Shown: positions 1 through 11,959 of the stretch, piece by piece
Layout: every line of letters begins with the position of its first letter
How positions within the stretch are numbered: the stretch's first letter is position 1
Assembly: GCF_000181795.1 (NCBI RefSeq)
Contig: NW_003526943.1
Coordinates: 6,540,122 to 6,604,121 of the forward strand
DNA length: 64,000 bases
Direction: 5' to 3'
Origin: Trichinella spiralis
Lineage: Eukaryota
The notes under the pieces: generated by a model
Told to the model about the DNA's origin: nothing
The model's database searches: none
Seen by the model: only the letters and a program-made list of their open reading frames with translations
Position numbers and translations under genes: made by a program

Positions 1-1132
1 TGTCTGCATCCGCTGCTGCTGGGCGTATCTGTTGCTTTTGGCGCACCAATTGGTGGAGTACTGTTCAGTTTGGAAGAAGTATGTTTGTTGGTGTTATATG
101 GTGAAGCTGTTTAAGGTTGGATAAATGTTGTAATTGTAGGCAAGTTATTATTTCCCATTGAAAACGCTGTGGCGTTCTTTTTTTTGCGCCCTGATTGCAG
201 GTCTAATCTTGAAGTTTATCAATCCTTTTGGCACTGATCAAACTTCACTATTTGCTGTCGACTATCCAATGAGATGGTCTTACATTGAACTAATCCCATT
301 CATATCTCTTGGAATATTTGGAGTATACATTGAAATGTGCTTGAGTTTTTGAGATTTTGTGAAATTTTAATTTTTCAGGGTGTCATTGGTACAATATTTA
401 TTAAATGTAACATTTGCTGGTGTCGGTTTAGAAAATCATCCACTTTGGGTGATTATCCAATAGCAGAGGTGAGTTGAAAATTTGATTGAAATTAAATTTT
501 CAAAATAGTCTGCATTGATAGGTGCTCAGTATAACGTTTATCACAGCTTTGTTGAGTTTTCCGAATGAATACACGAGGTAAGTTGATAAATTTTGATGTT
601 GGATACATATTTGAGAAATGATAACTTTGTTTTTTCATCCACTTATTAATTTTCAATTCTATTGCATGCTACAGGAAAAGCTCAAGTTCACTGATTAGTC
701 ATCTTTTCAACCGTTGTGGGCCAGAAGAGATGTCAGCACTTTGGTAATTGATTATTGATTGATTGCAAATGAGTTTTTTTTCATTTTTTCATCTTTTAGC
801 AAATACAGAGAAGTAATCGGCGTCACGAACTCGACATCCGATATCTCTTTTGGTTCATTGATGAATGGAACAATATGGAAGTTGGTTTTGTCGCTTATAT
901 TTAAAATTGTCATCACCATTTTCACATTTGGTATGAAAGTGCCATCAGGGTTGTTTGTGCCAAGCTTAGCCATTGGGGCAATAGGGGGTCGTTTGGTTGG
1001 CATTACTATGGAATGGTTGGCACTGTATGTAATTTACTTTTGTATGTTTTATATTAGTTGTTGTTTTGTGGATATATGATTATTTTAGAGATTACAGAGA
1101 TGCGTGGTGGTGGGGAATTTATTGTGAACCTG
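1..1132 (+). CDS. CLC-family H+/Cl- exchange transporter (ClC-3/4/5-like), central exons, partial
   Basis: Spliced exons read [38 protein letters not shown]...PFG...[12 protein letters not shown] and [27 protein letters not shown]. These contain the CLC LEE (proton glutamate) and GxFxP motifs. There is a 1-nt apparent insertion at ~21-23, and the gene is cut by an N-gap. Confidence 0.93.
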
Positions 1133-1612
1133 NNNNNNNNNNNNNNNNNNNNNNNNNNNNNNNNNNNNNNNNNNNNNNNNNNNNNNNNNNNNNNNNNNNN
1201 NNNNNNNNNNNNNNNNNNNNNNNNNNNNNNNNNNNNNNNNNNNNNNNNNNNNNNNNNNNNNNNNNNNNNNNNNNNNNNNNNNNNNNNNNNNNNNNNNNNN
1301 NNNNNNNNNNNNNNNNNNNNNNNNNNNNNNNNNNNNNNNNNNNNNNNNNNNNNNNNNNNNNNNNNNNNNNNNNNNNNNNNNNNNNNNNNNNNNNNNNNNN
1401 NNNNNNNNNNNNNNNNNNNNNNNNNNNNNNNNNNNNNNNNNNNNNNNNNNNNNNNNNNNNNNNNNNNNNNNNNNNNNNNNNNNNNNNNNNNNNNNNNNNN
1501 NNNNNNNNNNNNNNNNNNNNNNNNNNNNNNNNNNNNNNNNNNNNNNNNNNNNNNNNNNNNNNNNNNNNNNNNNNNNNNNNNNNNNNNNNNNNNNNNNNNN
1601 NNNNNNNNNNNN
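1133..1612. other. Assembly gap (N run)
   Basis: Run of N. Confidence 1.
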
Positions 1613-1805
1613 TATATACATTACGTTTTTAGTAGGTGGTAATGGTGTTAAGCATGAAGCTTATGCTGTACTATTATTTAATGACAGTACATTTTTGTTC
1701 GTTTTGAAATGTTTGCATTTCCATGGTTTGTATTATGAACATATTTGAAGAAAATGAAGAAAGGTTTGTTATTTTTTAGCCATACTGATGTAAATTTGTA
1801 TTAAG

Positions 1806-2495
1806 GAGTTGTGGCCGGTTTGGTTGACATTAGCACGAGATGGATGTCTGATCTAAAAGAAGGTGTTTGCCCCGATGCATTTTGGTTTGACAGGGAACAC
1901 TGTTGTTGGTCAGCTAATGATACACTATTCTACGGGGATAAATGTAATGCGGTATGTTAATCTTTGTATTATATTTGTTGTTGATCTGTGAATGAAAGTT
2001 TTAAAAGATTAGAATAGTTTCAATAATAAGTAATTGGTGAGATGAATTTTTTCATTGTTTAATGTTAACAGTGAAGTAAAATGAAATAATTATTGTAATT
2101 TTTCTTTGTCTATTTTACGGCAGTTTTGTTTTCATGCATTTGTTAGAAACAAATAATGCTCCATTGCGATCGTCATTTGTATTTCATATATTTATTTACT
2201 TTGTGTATTTGGTATTTTCAATTTATATAACAATCAGTTTTATAGAATAATTATTGCTTTACAGTCCGGTGTTGTTTTCAACAGCGTAAAATATGAATTT
2301 TGAATTTTTTGTTTTGTAATGGAAATTTTACTTTGTAAAATTTTGGTCATAAAATGAATAAACAAAGATGTAGCGTTTGAAAACAATTTGTGAATTAATA
2401 GTGGGCATACATGGCCTGAGCTGTTTGGTCACTATTCAGAGATGGGTTGGCGTATTTTTGTGGAATATGTGTTTTACACATGTTGGGCCATTGGG
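1806..2495 (+). CDS. CLC-3-like transporter, N-terminal-region exons (1806-1951 and ~2402-2495)
   Basis: Exon 1806-1951 (AG..GT bounded) reads GVVAGLVDISTRWMSDLKEGVCPDAFWFDREHCCWSANDTLFYGDKCNA, matching the ClC-3/4/5 helix B and Cys-rich luminal loop. The next exon reads WHTWPELF...EYVFYTCWAIG with homopolymer frameshifts. Confidence 0.88.
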
Positions 2496-3188
2496 NNNNN
2501 NNNNNNNNNNNNNNNNNNNNNNNNNNNNNNNNNNNNNNNNNNNNNNNNNNNNNNNNNNNNNNNNNNNNNNNNNNNNNNNNNNNNNNNNNNNNNNNNNNNN
2601 NNNNNNNNNNNNNNNNNNNNNNNNNNNNNNNNNNNNNNNNNNNNNNNNNNNNNNNNNNNNNNNNNNNNNNNNNNNNNNNNNNNNNNNNNNNNNNNNNNNN
2701 NNNNNNNNNNNNNNNNNNNNNNNNNNNNNNNNNNNNNNNNNNNNNNNNNNNNNNNNNNNNNNNNNNNNNNNNNNNNNNNNNNNNNNNNNNNNNNNNNNNN
2801 NNNNNNNNNNNNNNNNNNNNNNNNNNNNNNNNNNNNNNNNNNNNNNNNNNNNNNNNNNNNNNNNNNNNNNNNNNNNNNNNNNNNNNNNNNNNNNNNNNNN
2901 NNNNNNNNNNNNNNNNNNNNNNNNNNNNNNNNNNNNNNNNNNNNNNNNNNNNNNNNNNNNNNNNNNNNNNNNNNNNNNNNNNNNNNNNNNNNNNNNNNNN
3001 NNNNNNNNNNNNNNNNNNNNNNNNNNNNNNNNNNNNNNNNNNNNNNNNNNNNNNNNNNNNNNNNNNNNNNNNNNNNNNNNNNNNNNNNNNNNNNNNNNNN
3101 NNNNNNNNNNNNNNNNNNNNNNNNNNNNNNNNNNNNNNNNNNNNNNNNNNNNNNNNNNNNNNNNNNNNNNNNNNNNNNNNNNNNNNNN
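2496..3188. other. Assembly gap (N run)
   Basis: Run of N. Confidence 1.
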
Positions 3189-3520
3189 TGTGGTGGATTC
3201 CCATGCTGTTGCTTTTCATCTGATTTCTTTTAAAGTATTCATTGACAAGCTTACCATGTTTTTCTCCCATATGTCTCTCTTTTGTGCACATTTGGCGAGG
3301 CGTATCTGCCTGAGCCGACAAAACGAATTTTGTTGTTGTTTTCTAATATCTCATCATTGTTGATTTTTGTAGCATCTCATGTTTCCCAATCGCACTGCTA
3401 CCACTATTTGCCACATTTTTCGATAAAATCTGTCCAATTCACCCATTGCGGTGTACCATTATCAAATTGTCAACATCGTCTTATGCTACATACCCATTGC
3501 AACCTGTTCCCGCCGCCCCT

Positions 3521-3934
3521 ATTGCTCAAAATTTGATACCACACTTCCGGAGTAACATCGCGATTTTCTCGCAAATTATATATACTGGTACGGTATAACA
3601 TTTTTTCAACTCTAAAAAATAAATAACTTTTTTGCTCAATAAAATAATTAAAAAAAATAAATTTCATTCTTCAATTAAGCATTGATCATACTCATTTGTG
3701 TAAATCATATAACGATGAAAAATGAAAACAATAACAATAAACTTGCATAGTCTGTGCATCAGTTGCTAAACCGGGAATTCCAACAAACAATCGACGAGTT
3801 ATTTGGAAAATCTTCTCCTTATCATTCATGATTGTCAAGAATCGACTGCCCAGTCGTAAATCGCATCCAATAGTGACACAATCACCACCGCGCATTGCGA
3901 GCACAATGCCACCATTGTGGTCCATGATACTCAT
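3521..3934 (-). CDS. PSMB3: Proteasome subunit beta type-3, N-terminal part (3' part missing)
   Basis: MSIMDHNGGIVLAMRGGDCVTIGCDLRLG...RLFVGIPGLATDAQTI|VEKMLYRTSIYNLRENRDVTPEVWYQILSN. Exons are 3934-3747 and 3611-~3521; similarity is lost after ILSN. Confidence 0.9.
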
Positions 3935-5073
3935 CTGAAGATTTAACAAATGCAAAATTCAAATTTCCAATATTATTTCACAAACACTTAATTTATAAAA
4001 ATATACTTGCTACATAAAATATCTACATCAAACTTAAGGTAAACTCAACATCAACTATGAAAATAATCAAACATATTATAATACAAAATAAGAAAATTAT
4101 TTGATAAATATGAAATTTAATAATAAATTAAATTTAAATTAATAACGTAAAACATACTTTGGCAAAGTTTTTCTTACAACGGTGAAAGAAAAATGTAAAA
4201 GAAATAAACTTCTTATTAACTCACTCTGTAACAAGTTTAAATATTTGCAGGTATAATTGCAACAGTAATAATATAAAACTTTAAATTATAATCTCAAACG
4301 GTAGGAAACCTTCATAATTTAAACTGTTTCTCTCAATCTCTTTTGTTTCTTTTTCGAAAGCAATAAAGTATGGCAGTATTGAAAGTTCGGTAAATTTCAA
4401 ATGCATTTTTTTCAGATAAAAACATTTTAACGTAATAACGTATAATAATGTACAATAGGTATTCTTTGAATTTTTGAGCTGTTTTCATAATATTAATTAC
4501 AAATATTTAATAAAAAAATGCTTTTCCAAAAAAATAATGCCCTATTTTTTCTTTTTATCATAAACGAGCTGGTAAGCATTTCCGTTCAGAAGAATGTGCT
4601 TGGCTGGTTTATAAAAATTTACCCCTTGATGGGCAAATTGGCCGAATTATGGATCCTTTAAGTTTTCCTGGCCCTCCGATGTTCGGGAGGGGGGGCTGGT
4701 GCCCCCCCCATGGTGTGAAAAAATATTCAACTCCCTCCCAGTCCAAATTATGACCACTGGAAATTCCAGAAAAACCGGTTCGTTTTGGGGTCCTCCCCTA
4801 CACGGGGCGAATGGGATTGGAAAAATAATAAAAAAAAACCCACCCTTGATACCAACGGATCCTATGGGAAATGGATTTAAAAAAAAAACCCCCCCTGCCC
4901 TTTTATTATAAGGCGGTTCCTGGGGAAAAATGGGAAATAAAAAAATTTTTAGAAAACACCCATAAGGCTGGAATATTTTTTAAAAATTAAGAGTAGTCCC
5001 AAAATATTACCTTATTCGGAGTCCCCCCCTTCTTTTCCCCCTAAAAAAACGGCCACTGGCCAAAGGTAAATAA

Positions 5074-5083
5074 NNNNNNNNNN
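5074..5083. other. Assembly gap (10 N), preceded by low-quality homopolymer-rich tail (~4560-5073)
   Basis: N run; abrupt excess of G/C/A homopolymers towards the contig end. Confidence 0.9.
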
Positions 5084-5317
5084 ATTTGTAATGTGATTAA
5101 TTTTATTTTATCAGAATCAACAAGAGGCATTAGTGCCACAAGGAATATTACAACTTGATGTTCAATTGTAGATAAAATTAGAAATGAAAACTAAATATTG
5201 TTGCAAAATGGTTATTAAAAATAGAATTCAAAACCGTCCAATTCATTTTTGTTTGGTCCTGCGTTTTGCATTCGAGAGTTATTTGAATCATTTTCTGTTC
5301 TGTTCATCATTTTCACA

Positions 5318-6125
5318 ATGGCTGATATTTCTGAGCTGCGTTTTGTAACAAATCGTGGCGGAAGTACGTCTCTTGTTTCTCAAGGAAGGAAATATACAAA
5401 TTGAGATACACCAATAAACAGAGAAAACATTGGGTTTGCTCAAAAGTATGCGCTAAATGTACAGTGTGTGTCCTTCGTTATTAAGATTTAGGTTACTTTG
5501 GTATAGGGCAGAGAAGGCTGCAAGGGTGTCATATGGACAAACCTGGATGTGACATATGTGATCACGCAAAAGGATCACATCGAAAGCTGCCCAGTGGATG
5601 AGCATTTAGCATACAAAATGGAAAAAAAGGCGGTTTTGAAAAAACGAAGCGCGGAAGAAACAAAATCCATCCTCGCCATTTACGATGAAGAAGTTTCCGC
5701 CGCGTCCGCTGTGCCATCTGCATCTGGCCATTTTCCGCTTTTCAAGCGGATGAAGTCCACGATGTACAGCCATCGGTCAAAGCGATACCTAAAACTGCCT
5801 GAACATCGTCGGAACTAGCAAATCCCTGACGCATTCAGGACAACAATGGCCGGTGAAGATTTTTTGCTGTGGCAGAGTGCATCGAGTCATATATTGGTAT
5901 TGGCTACGGGTTCTAACATTAGACTGATGGCAACCAGGCGAACCTGGGCATTGGATGGTACATTCAAGATTGTACCACAATGGTATCAAAAACTGTTTCC
6001 CATCCATGCCTTTTTGGCGGGAAAGCTGGTGCCAGCAGTCTATTGTTTATGTACGGATAAAGATCTTACGTCAATCTTAATCCACAAACAATAATTTGTG
6101 ATTTTGAAATCTCTCTGATACCACT
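5318..6125 (+). mobile_element. Degenerate FLYWCH + MULE (Mutator-like) transposase relic
   Basis: MADISELRFVTNRGGSTSLV...KHWVCSK|GREGCKGVIWTN...H (FLYWCH-like), then TWALDGTFKIVPQWYQKLFPIHAF...VPAVYCLC and, after a deletion/frameshift, NPQTIICDFE (MULE DDE motifs). There is an internal stop at 5816-5818. Confidence 0.85.
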
Positions 6126-7050
6126 TTGTTAATATTGTTCACTGTTATGTTGTTTATTGTTGTTGTTGTTGACTGTTCCTTACTGTTGTTGTTGCTGCTC
6201 TTGATTAGTGAAAAATCAAAATCACTATTTAATTTATTTTTGTATCGTATCGTTTTTTTCTGAATTATTACTATCGCATTTGATATAACGTCACTGTGGT
6301 ACAATAACCATCTTTTTTGAAGTTCAGTCATTCAAGCACTGATTATGTTCTTCATGGGATGATTTCTAATTCTCAGATGATTTTTAAGTTAAATTTTTGC
6401 ATTTGAAATATTCACAAAATGAGTAAGAAAGGAAGGTTTTCACCGAATAAAAGCTCTTAGAGTTTGAGTATAACAACAATTGTCTATATACATGAAGCCA
6501 ACGAACAGCAAGGGCAACGTGACATCAAAGGACGTTACTAATGCAAGACAGTATTTTGGCGATCAATTAACGCAAATTTATTACATCAGTTTAAGTTATT
6601 TTCTTGTTTATGAATGAATGCTGCTGTTTTGCAACTGATCTAACTCTGCAATTTACGTCGACAAAGCAGACTTTTTCATTATATAAAAAATCAGCTTTAT
6701 TTAGCTTCTTCTTAAGTGTTATATTTCTAATGTTGAATATTTTATCGTAAAATTAATTTTTGAAAAATGCTTGTTTCTTGTAATTTTATTTTTTCTGCAT
6801 TCATTACAATTGTATCTTCTGAACTTGAATTTCAATAAATACCTACCGACATACCATTACAAGCAACACGTCAATAGCAAGGAACAGAACACAATTTAAC
6901 TTTAAAATTTACAATAAATGTAATATAATTAAAATAGAGCAAATAAAAAAAATAATAGAATGAATAAAAATAAATAATGAATACATACATACATGAATAC
7001 ATATAAATACGACGCGAGTAGATAATGCAGAAAATGGATTAAATTTTAGT

Positions 7051-9295
7051 TTATGTACGGCGTAAGCTGAAGTAAAGTGTTCCTTTGCGACGTGTTTGTT
7101 CAGGTTTCAATTTCTTCAAAATGTTTGCAAGCTGTGAAACGATCTCCTGCTTACTCATTTTTTTGCAACGAGGTTTAAACTTTGCCACCAAATCTGTTGT
7201 TGACATTGGTTTTCGTTCCAAATAGTGACGAACTTCCGCTTCCATTATTCTGAACTTGGAACTATCGCTTGCAGTCCTAAAAAATGCGGACCAATAAGAA
7301 CAATCTATTACTGCAAGTAACAGTTCAAATAGCAATTTGTATTTCTGATTCATACTCAGCATTTGCTAATTTCGCTTTCTTTTCTGGCTCTGCATTATTA
7401 TCAGCATTGTCTTCAGCTTTTCTTTTATTTGACACAGACTCGACGTCAGTTTTGCACTTAAAGCAATGTTAGCACTTGGATCAAAAATATTAGGCAAAAT
7501 TCATCCTTCATACCTGCAACAGAAACGGCGATTTAATATCCTCACTGTCCGGATCTTCACTGCCTGAACTGGATTCTGTGTCTTAAACAACAACGAATAA
7601 ACATAAATGATTATTATTATTTATCCTCGCAGTTACAACCATTTTGGAAGTACAAACCTCGTTCTGCGCGCAGACCAAAGTTTGACGTAGTTTCAAAAGT
7701 TTTCTTATTCATGTCCAGCTTCGTCAAACCTCCTTCTTCACTATCGCCTTCAGCATTCTCATCATCTTGCTCACTTTCATCAACTGACTGAAATGCATCG
7801 ATTAATTCTTCGTCAACACCGATCAACGCATCTTCTTCCATTTCAAGACTACTCGAGCTAAATATACAAAAATATACCAAGTCACAACAACTAAACAACT
7901 AAACAACAGAATTTTTCTGACTTCATTAATTTCTCACATTTATAAATCTATTTACTAAACAGTACCTGTCTTTATCTGACATATAATCAACTTCACGACC
8001 ATCCTCGTCTCCATCATCTGATTCTTCCATTACAAGGTCATCCTCACGTTCTTTATATTTCTCTTTCCTGTTCTTATGTAGCTTCTTTACAGCCTTTTCA
8101 CCACTTGCTTTGCCAAGCTTGGCTAAGATCAAATTAAATTTAATTAAAATTGCAGTCTTCATCATATATCAATCGGACAAAATCAAAATCAACGGTTTCC
8201 CATGTAAAGTATGCAACTTTAAAATTCATTACTTCATTATGAAGCATCTGAAAAGAATTTTTCAAAAACAGCAGTTTCAGTTTAAATTCAAATATCAAAT
8301 TTTAAATTAGTTACAAAATAACTTAGTTAAAGCAAAATAAATTAGCCTTAAACATCCGTAATATATAATAATAATAATAATACTTAAAAATAAACGATCA
8401 TTAATTCATTAATTAATAGAAAGTTAATTAAATCAAAGAACTCCACTATTAAAATTATGCAGCTGCATTTAGTTTAAGTTCTTACACTGCTGCGCTTTGT
8501 TGTTGCCTTCTGACAAAGGGCCTTCAGTTTCATCGTCATTTCCTTCACCTGGTTGACGAATTTGTGCTCTCAGTGCAAACTGATTTAAAACAATTTCTCT
8601 TCTAAAATGAATACAGTACATAACTGAATAGATAATCAGAATCACACTAAAATTTAATTAAATACGAACCTCTTGAAATGTTCCTCAACTTCTTCGATAT
8701 CCATCGCCTTCTGTTCAGAAACTGGAAGAAAGTTGTAAAATTCGCTCACAGGATAGGCATCAAAAACACATTCGCCAGTCTTCTCAAAGATCCAATAATC
8801 TGAATAATTTGAAATTCCACCTTCTCGGATTCCACGATAATTTCGTTTTTTTCCGTTCTCTTCGACAGTTAGTCGAATTGGCATCTCTTCTTTCGTTTTC
8901 GACTTCATACCTAAAACGAAATAAAAAATATTTCATAAAAAAAGCAATAGAGAATTTATAACATCTGCAATTCATTAACCATCTTTATATATAACTTTTG
9001 CTTAAAGAATATAACTTATCTGATTCTAGCATGTGAAACGCTGCTATACCGCATAAAATAAAAAAAATAAAAACACATTAGTACCAAATCTTTTTCGTCG
9101 AGTCTGTGAACCAGCTTCTGATCCAATTCCAGAATCTCCTTCAAGGTCCTCAGGATTTTCTTCACGTTCCACTGTCATATTGGTGATACGTGAAGTGTCA
9201 ATGTTCACTCCATTAAATTTATAAATTACACATTTTGACGATGGATTGCTTTTTGGAACCCTAACAATATACTCATTAATATCTGATAAATCCAT
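7051..9295 (-). CDS. GTF2F1: General transcription factor IIF subunit 1 (TFIIF-alpha/RAP74), multi-exon
   Basis: N-terminal EYIVRVPK...KFN, YRGIREGGISNYSDYWIF...FDAYPVSEFYNFLP, acidic ESDDGDEDGREVDYMSD, and C-terminal winged helix EVRHYLERKPMSTTDLVAKFK...LANILKKLKPE...YFSL. Confidence 0.93.
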
Positions 9296-10180
9296 TTTCA
9301 AAAAAGGTTCTACTCTTCTTCCGGTATTTACGTACTATTCTTCACTCGACATACTGTATGTATGCAAGTATTAATATCGTAATACCCACAATAAGAAAAG
9401 TTATTTTTGGAAAAGGAATTTGTTAAATTTATTCTTAATAAAAATTTAAATATTGTAATTTAGTGACGAATTTAATCATAATTAGATAAAAATTGACAGA
9501 CTGAGTGTTGTCAACTCAAATTTTTAATAGTTTTCAGTGTCTAATATGTTGGAGAACTATTATACATTATTAAAAACGAAAATCAAAGAAATGAAAATGC
9601 CTTCAGTAGTGTAATTTTTTTAAATTGCATTTTGAACTTTTATCTGCTTCAATATATTTTTATGATTTTGCTGATACTACATTATAGCTGTAGCAAATTA
9701 AACACTTCAGGTAAGCTTTAGAATTCACCAAAAATTCAGAAAATACTTATGAAACTGACATTTAATTTGGAAAATGTGATATAGGCCATTCGTGTAATGT
9801 GGATGCAAGGCGTTATTAAAAGAATGACAGATAGAAACCACATCTTCAGTTGTTTTCTCACGATTTCTATGCTTCAGTTGATAGTTACCTGTTTTTTTTG
9901 AAAATTTCCAGATAAATGCGAACCAGAAAGACGGTATTTTATGCTAAGTTTCTAGTCAGCAGTGCTAAGTTAGTTTCACAAAAGGTGACACATAATTCCG
10001 AGCCGTTATACCTGCAGCATTTGGAAAACTAACAAAATTGTACATTACAGTATCAATAATTCAAAAAAAGTTGATCAAATATTGCTTGAAATTTGGTTTT
10101 TGAAATTAATTTAAAAAGAAAAAAGCCAATTATATGATTTTGAAAACTTTACATACAAATGCAGAAAATGTTAAAAGGGT

Positions 10181-10292
10181 TGACAGCGGTGGGATTCGAA
10201 CCCACGCCTGTATACACAGACCAGAATACTCAGTACCTAGCAGGCAAGCTTTCGCTTGAGTCTGGCGCCTTGGACCGCTCGGCCACGCTGTC
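10181..10292 (-). tRNA. tRNA-Leu(CAA) with 28-nt intron (10227-10254)
   Basis: GACAGCGTGGCCGAGCGGTCCAAGGCGCCAGACTCAAG[intron]TTCTGGTCTGTGTATACAGGCGTGGGTTCGAATCCCACCGCTGTCA. It has acceptor stem GACAGCG/CGCTGTC, A and B boxes, long variable arm, canonical 37/38 intron position, and a downstream TTTT Pol III terminator (10173-10176). Confidence 0.97.
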
Positions 10293-11959
10293 TGCTTCTG
10301 AAATTGCACAATATAAATAATAAAGTTTTAATTAGAATAATTGTTGCATTTTTCTTAAATAAAATATTTTAAAGTAATTTCACATTACTCTTAGCATTTA
10401 TTTTTACGTATTTAACAAATTTATAACTATTTTCAATTGATGTTTATGATAATCAATTAATCAAGTAGTTTGAATTGCTCTGTGAAATAAATGTGTTGCG
10501 TTTAATAAATAGTGAGTAACGAATTTCATTGTTTATGTTAAAATTTTACCAATTTTATGTTTTACGGTATTTACGCAATGCAAGATCTTAATTCAGCAAG
10601 TTTACATAATTTATACGGAATCTATTTAGTAATTTTTTAATAATTATTTTTAAATTAAGATTTTCCAGCATTTCACATCAGAATTGTAATGTATTTGGGA
10701 ACTCAATTTTATACATTCAAACAGAGCATGATGTATCAATTTCTGTTTTTTACATAAATAAATTATTATTAATGTTATGCATGGCTCCATTTTTTATAAC
10801 TAACTGTAATATAAATCAAATACAACTTCAAATAAAGATCTACTTAAATACATTTTTAAATAAATAAATGTGTATTAAAAAAGACATCACGAATTTGTTT
10901 GGGCTAATTTTGTGTAAACCTTGTCTTATTTAATTCTAAGTAAAATATTTAAACTTATTTTCTATTTAACTTTTAAACAGAAGTTTAAAACATTTAAGCT
11001 GTCAATTTAACCCGATTTTTTTACCTAAAAAATGTTTTACTTGAAATAAAACTTTATTTTATTTTATATCTGTGATTTGAATTTGTATTTTGGATAATTT
11101 CATTTTCATTTTCAATTTACATATATTGGCATTGTAAAATAATTTTTTAAACACATTTAAACCACCAAACATTCACTGAGACATTCAATGATGCGGGGTG
11201 CCATTTCACCAAATGGCCACAGAAGATGGAGATGTTAATGACAATCACATTAACAATGGTAAACTTGCCATTAAAAGCCACCACTGATGTTAGAAGTTTA
11301 TGCGAGCCTGTTTGAAAGTTAAAGAAAAGTTCGCATAATTTCAAATTCAGAATATTCACCACCTCGAAAATGAAAATAACTTTAAATTTTCGAACATATA
11401 TGTATTTCGACATGCTTATAATGCAAGTATTCAACATATAAGCGTTTGTTCCAAACCAAAGAAATATAACACTTTTATTTAGAAAAACTTATAACCATAA
11501 TAATAAAGCTCAGTTTTAACTGACTCAAATCCTTCTCTGGAGATGCATCTCAGTTCGCTATCGAATCGTCACCATTATTATCAAACAAGGATGATTTGTA
11601 AGAAAAAAACATTTTAAAGAATAGACCCGATTTATGATGCAATTCTATACAAAAAGATGGCAAGATAAGAGAGATTTTCAAGGAAAACAGTGAACTACTT
11701 AGCACATAAATCATATAAAACTTTGTCAGGAATATTCGTACAAATCGAACACTAGTTTTTTTTAAGTAAAACGCTCTATCTTCAAAATATTACAACAATA
11801 ATTTAATTATAAATGATCAATCATCACGAAACAATGTTAAAAATAAACCGGGTTAGAAAAAGCTTTCTACAAAATTCGAGATTCATGTGCTGACTGGAAA
11901 ATATTTTTCAACAGCAATTCCCTGACTGATAAACTCATTTTATGTTGCTTGAAAATTTT

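Noticed and set aside
1058..3363. Long poly-X ORFs in the ORF track
   Set aside because: Artefacts of N-gaps.
4560..5073. GC-rich ORF 4699-4911 and G/C runs
   Set aside because: Homopolymer-inflated, low-quality contig tail next to a gap; no recognisable protein.
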